DNA from: Hoeflea sp.
GTDB lineage: Bacteria; Pseudomonadota; Alphaproteobacteria; Rhizobiales; Rhizobiaceae
Strand: one strand, 5' to 3'
NCBI RefSeq assembly: GCF_040218025.1
Contig: NZ_JAVJQD010000025.1
DNA length: 64,000 nucleotides
Made by a program: the position numbers and the translations under genes. Shown here piece after piece: positions 61,431 to 64,000 of the stretch (the first letter of the stretch is position 1; each line of letters opens with the position of its first letter). Below the pieces are notes generated by a model that was given only the letters and a program-made list of their open reading frames with translations, did no database searches and was not told the origin of the DNA.

Positions 61431-62963
61431 TCACGCCGCCTGCGTCGAGCGTTCCGTGCCGATTCTGTAGGAAATCGCTTCGGCGAGATGGATCCTGCCG
61501 ACGGTCTCGGCGCCGTCGAGATCGGCCAGCGTTCGCGCCACCTTGAGAATGCGGTGGTAGGCGCGGGCGGAAAACCGCATCTTCTCCGCAGCATCCGACA
61601 ACAGGCTTTGGCCGCCTGCATCGGGTTGGGCCACCTGCTCGACAAGCGCCGTGGTGCATTGCGAATTGGTGCGAATGTCCGGGCGTCCGAGCTCCCGGTA
61701 TCGGTCCCGCTGCAGTGTCCGCGCCATCGCCACGCGGCTTGCCACATCCACGCTCCCTTCAGCCGCCTGCGGACGGATGAGGTCCTGCGCGGTGACCGCC
61801 GGCACGTCGATGCGGATGTCGATGCGGTCCATCAGCGGCCCCGATATCCGTCCCTGATAATCGGACTGGCATCGCGGGCCGCGCGCGCAGACATGCCCCG
61901 GCTCGCCGGCCATGCCGCACCTGCATGGGTTCATCGCCGCGATCAGCTGGATGTTGGCCGGGTAGCTGACCCGGTGGTTGGCGCGCGCGATCACGCTTTC
62001 CCCGTTTTCCAGCGGCTGCCGCAGCGAATCCAGGACCTGCGGCGTGAATTCCGGAAATTCGTCGAGAAACAGAACCCCGTGATGGGCCAGAGAGACCTCT
62101 CCGGGCCGCGCCTTCAGTCCGCCGCCCACCATAGCCGCCATCGAGGCGGAATGGTGCGGTGCGCGAAATGGCCGCCGGTCCGAGAGCTTGCCGCCGGCCA
62201 GGTGCCCGGCGATGGAATGGATCATCGAAACCTCGAGAAGCTCTGCCGGCGAAAGCGGCGGCAAGATCGACGGCAGCCGCGCGGCGAGCATCGACTTGCC
62301 CGAGCCGGGCGGCCCCACCATGATCAGGTTGTGCCCTCCGGCAGCGGCCACCTCCAGCGCCCTCTTGGCGGTTTCCTGCCCCCTGATCTCCGAAAGGTCC
62401 GGAATGTTGGCCGGAGCGGCCCGCATAGCCGGCTTCGGCCGGGTAAGCACCTGGGTGCCGCGAAAATGATTGGCCATGGCGATCAGCGAGCGCGGTGCGA
62501 TGATGTCGATGTCGTCACCCGCCCAGGCGGCCTCCGCGCCGGAGCCCGCGGGGCAGATGAGACCCTTGCCCAGCGCATTGGCGCCGATCGCAGCCGGCAG
62601 CGCGCCGGCGACGGTGGCGATGGTCCCGTCGAGCGAGAGTTCACCGAGCACCGCGTAGCCGTTGAGCGCGTCGCCGGGGATCGCGCCGAGCGCCGCCATC
62701 AGTCCCAGTGCAATGGGCAGGTCGAAATGGCTGCCTTCCTTTGGCAGGTCCGCAGGCGCGAGATTGATCGTCACCTTCTTGGCGGGGAGCGCCAGGCCCG
62801 AGGCATGCAGGGCCGCCTGCACCCGTTCCCGGCTTTCGGCCACTGCCTTGTCCGGCAGACCGACAATGTGCATTCCCACCTTGCCGGGCGCCACCATCAC
62901 CTGAACATCCACCGGCACGGCCTCGATGCCCTCGAATGCGACAGTGCTGACCCGTGCAACCAT
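61431..62963 (-). CDS. YifB/ComM-family Mg-chelatase-like AAA+ ATPase
   Basis: Start at MVARVSTVAFEGIE (62963). Walker A GPPGSGKSMLA, Walker B VLFLDEFPEF. Confidence 0.9.
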   Translation of the reverse strand: MVARVSTVAFEGIEAVPVDVQVMVAPGKVGMHIVGLPDKAVAESRERVQAALHASGLALPAKKVTINLAPADLPKEGSHFDLPIALGLMAALGAIPGDALNGYAVLGELSLDGTIATVAGALPAAIGANALGKGLICPAGSGAEAAWAGDDIDIIAPRSLIAMANHFRGTQVLTRPKPAMRAAPANIPDLSEIRGQETAKRALEVAAAGGHNLIMVGPPGSGKSMLAARLPSILPPLSPAELLEVSMIHSIAGHLAGGKLSDRRPFRAPHHSASMAAMVGGGLKARPGEVSLAHHGVLFLDEFPEFTPQVLDSLRQPLENGESVIARANHRVSYPANIQLIAAMNPCRCGMAGEPGHVCARGPRCQSDYQGRISGPLMDRIDIRIDVPAVTAQDLIRPQAAEGSVDVASRVAMARTLQRDRYRELGRPDIRTNSQCTTALVEQVAQPDAGGQSLLSDAAEKMRFSARAYHRILKVARTLADLDGAETVGRIHLAEAISYRIGTERSTQAA

Positions 62964-63384
62964 TCCGTCCATTCCTTCCAGATCGGGTTTCGGAGGGCAT
63001 CCCGCATGCCGTACACGATATAGGGGAAAGCTAAGCATAGAAACGGGAATGAAACAAGAACAAGTGTAAAACAAAAGCGATTTTTCTGCGATTTCAGGTT
63101 GCGTCGGGTTGCAGGCGGGGAACATCGCGTCGTGCATCCTATCCGTGCGCCAAGCAAACCTTGCGAGCAAAACCAACGGAATTTCAGGGAACACCGGTTG
63201 CGCACCGCGCACTGGCCCAAGAGCGCAGGGCTCCCTCGCGCAGCGGTCAAGAAAGGTTTCGCATAATGAGCCTGGCGCCCCTCAAGCCGCAGGGGTGTGG
63301 CGGAATGGCGGCCGGATGGCGCTCAAATCCACCCGCCTGGTGCTGAGCTTGCGGGGATCGATCGGGCCGGAGACCGAAGGCGCC

Positions 63385-64000
63385 TCAGCCGCGGCGCGCT
63401 TCGACCGCATCCCAGAACAGGGCCGCGACATCGGCCCCGCCGAAATTGCGGATCTCGCGCAGGCCCGTTGGCGAGGTCACGTTGATCTCGGTCATCCTGT
63501 CGCCGATGATGTCGATGCCCACCAGGACAAAGCCGCGCTCTCTGAGGGCGGGGCCGATACGGGCGCAGATCTCTTCCTCGCGGGATGTCAGTTCCGAGTG
63601 TTCGGCGCGGCCGCCGACATGCATGTTGGACCGCGAATCGTGCTCCGCGGGCACCCGGTTGATCGCGCCCACCGGCTCGCCCTCGATCAGGATGATGCGC
63701 TTGTCGCCTGCGCGAACGTCGGACAGGTATTCCTGTGCTATGAACGGCTCGCGATACATCTGCGCGAACATTTCAAGGAGCGAGGTCAGGTTGCGGTCAT
63801 CGGGCTTGACGTGGAAAACGCCTGCGCCGCCATTGCCGTAAAGCGGCTTGAGGATCATGTCGCCCACTTCCGCGCGGAAGGACTTGATCGTCTCCGGATC
63901 CCGGGAAATCAGCGTCTTGGGCATCAGGTCGGCAAACTCGGTCACGAAGATCTTTTCCGGCGAATTGCGGACCCAGGCCGGGTCGTTCACCACCAGCGTC
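63385..64000 (-). CDS. gshB: glutathione synthetase, C-terminal ATP-grasp part (5' end outside window)
   Basis: [14 protein letters not shown]...[20 protein letters not shown]...SNMHVGG...[15 protein letters not shown]. The ORF runs off the right edge of the window. Confidence 0.9.
   Translation of the reverse strand, partial: TLVVNDPAWVRNSPEKIFVTEFADLMPKTLISRDPETIKSFRAEVGDMILKPLYGNGGAGVFHVKPDDRNLTSLLEMFAQMYREPFIAQEYLSDVRAGDKRIILIEGEPVGAINRVPAEHDSRSNMHVGGRAEHSELTSREEEICARIGPALRERGFVLVGIDIIGDRMTEINVTSPTGLREIRNFGGADVAALFWDAVEARRG

Overview
High-GC alphaproteobacterial (Rhizobiales-type) chromosomal window around the recF-dnaN-dnaA locus. About 1-33 kb is core housekeeping: ylxR-like/infB/rbfA/truB/rpsO/pnp, fabI-fabB-fabA with divergent irr, ilvD, moeB-like, recF-dnaN-dnaA, rpsT, an enoyl-CoA hydratase, mutM, ubiE-ubiB, a SlyD-like FKBP and coaBC. 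About 33-55.5 kb looks accessory. It is dense in one-component regulators (TetR, Lrp, two ArsR, MarR, XRE-cupin, AraC) paired with redox, stress and transport genes: cupins, pirin, SRPBCC, a Tat-signal Acg-type nitroreductase, DoxX, GNAT, DMT/COG0701 permeases, an HD-GYP protein, a siderophore-type ABC importer, USP and two SDRs. It carries no integrase or transposase. The right end returns to core genes: prfC, dut, a proline-racemase-family enzyme, cysK, yifB/comM and gshB (partial). I found no rRNA, tRNA, CRISPR array or IS element. The most notable observations are: (1) a FitA/VapB-like ribbon-helix-helix module fused in frame to the N-terminus of CoaBC, behind its own promoter with operator-like repeats; (2) a canonical intrinsic terminator about 25 nt upstream of the ilvD start codon, implying attenuation or riboswitch-like control; (3) a tandem degenerate-plus-canonical HD-GYP protein; (4) a decayed Zn-alcohol-dehydrogenase relic; (5) hairpin-forming intergenic repeat families; (6) an unexplained 757-bp GC-rich convergent spacer. 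All family calls come from motif recognition by eye on the supplied translations. No database search was run.
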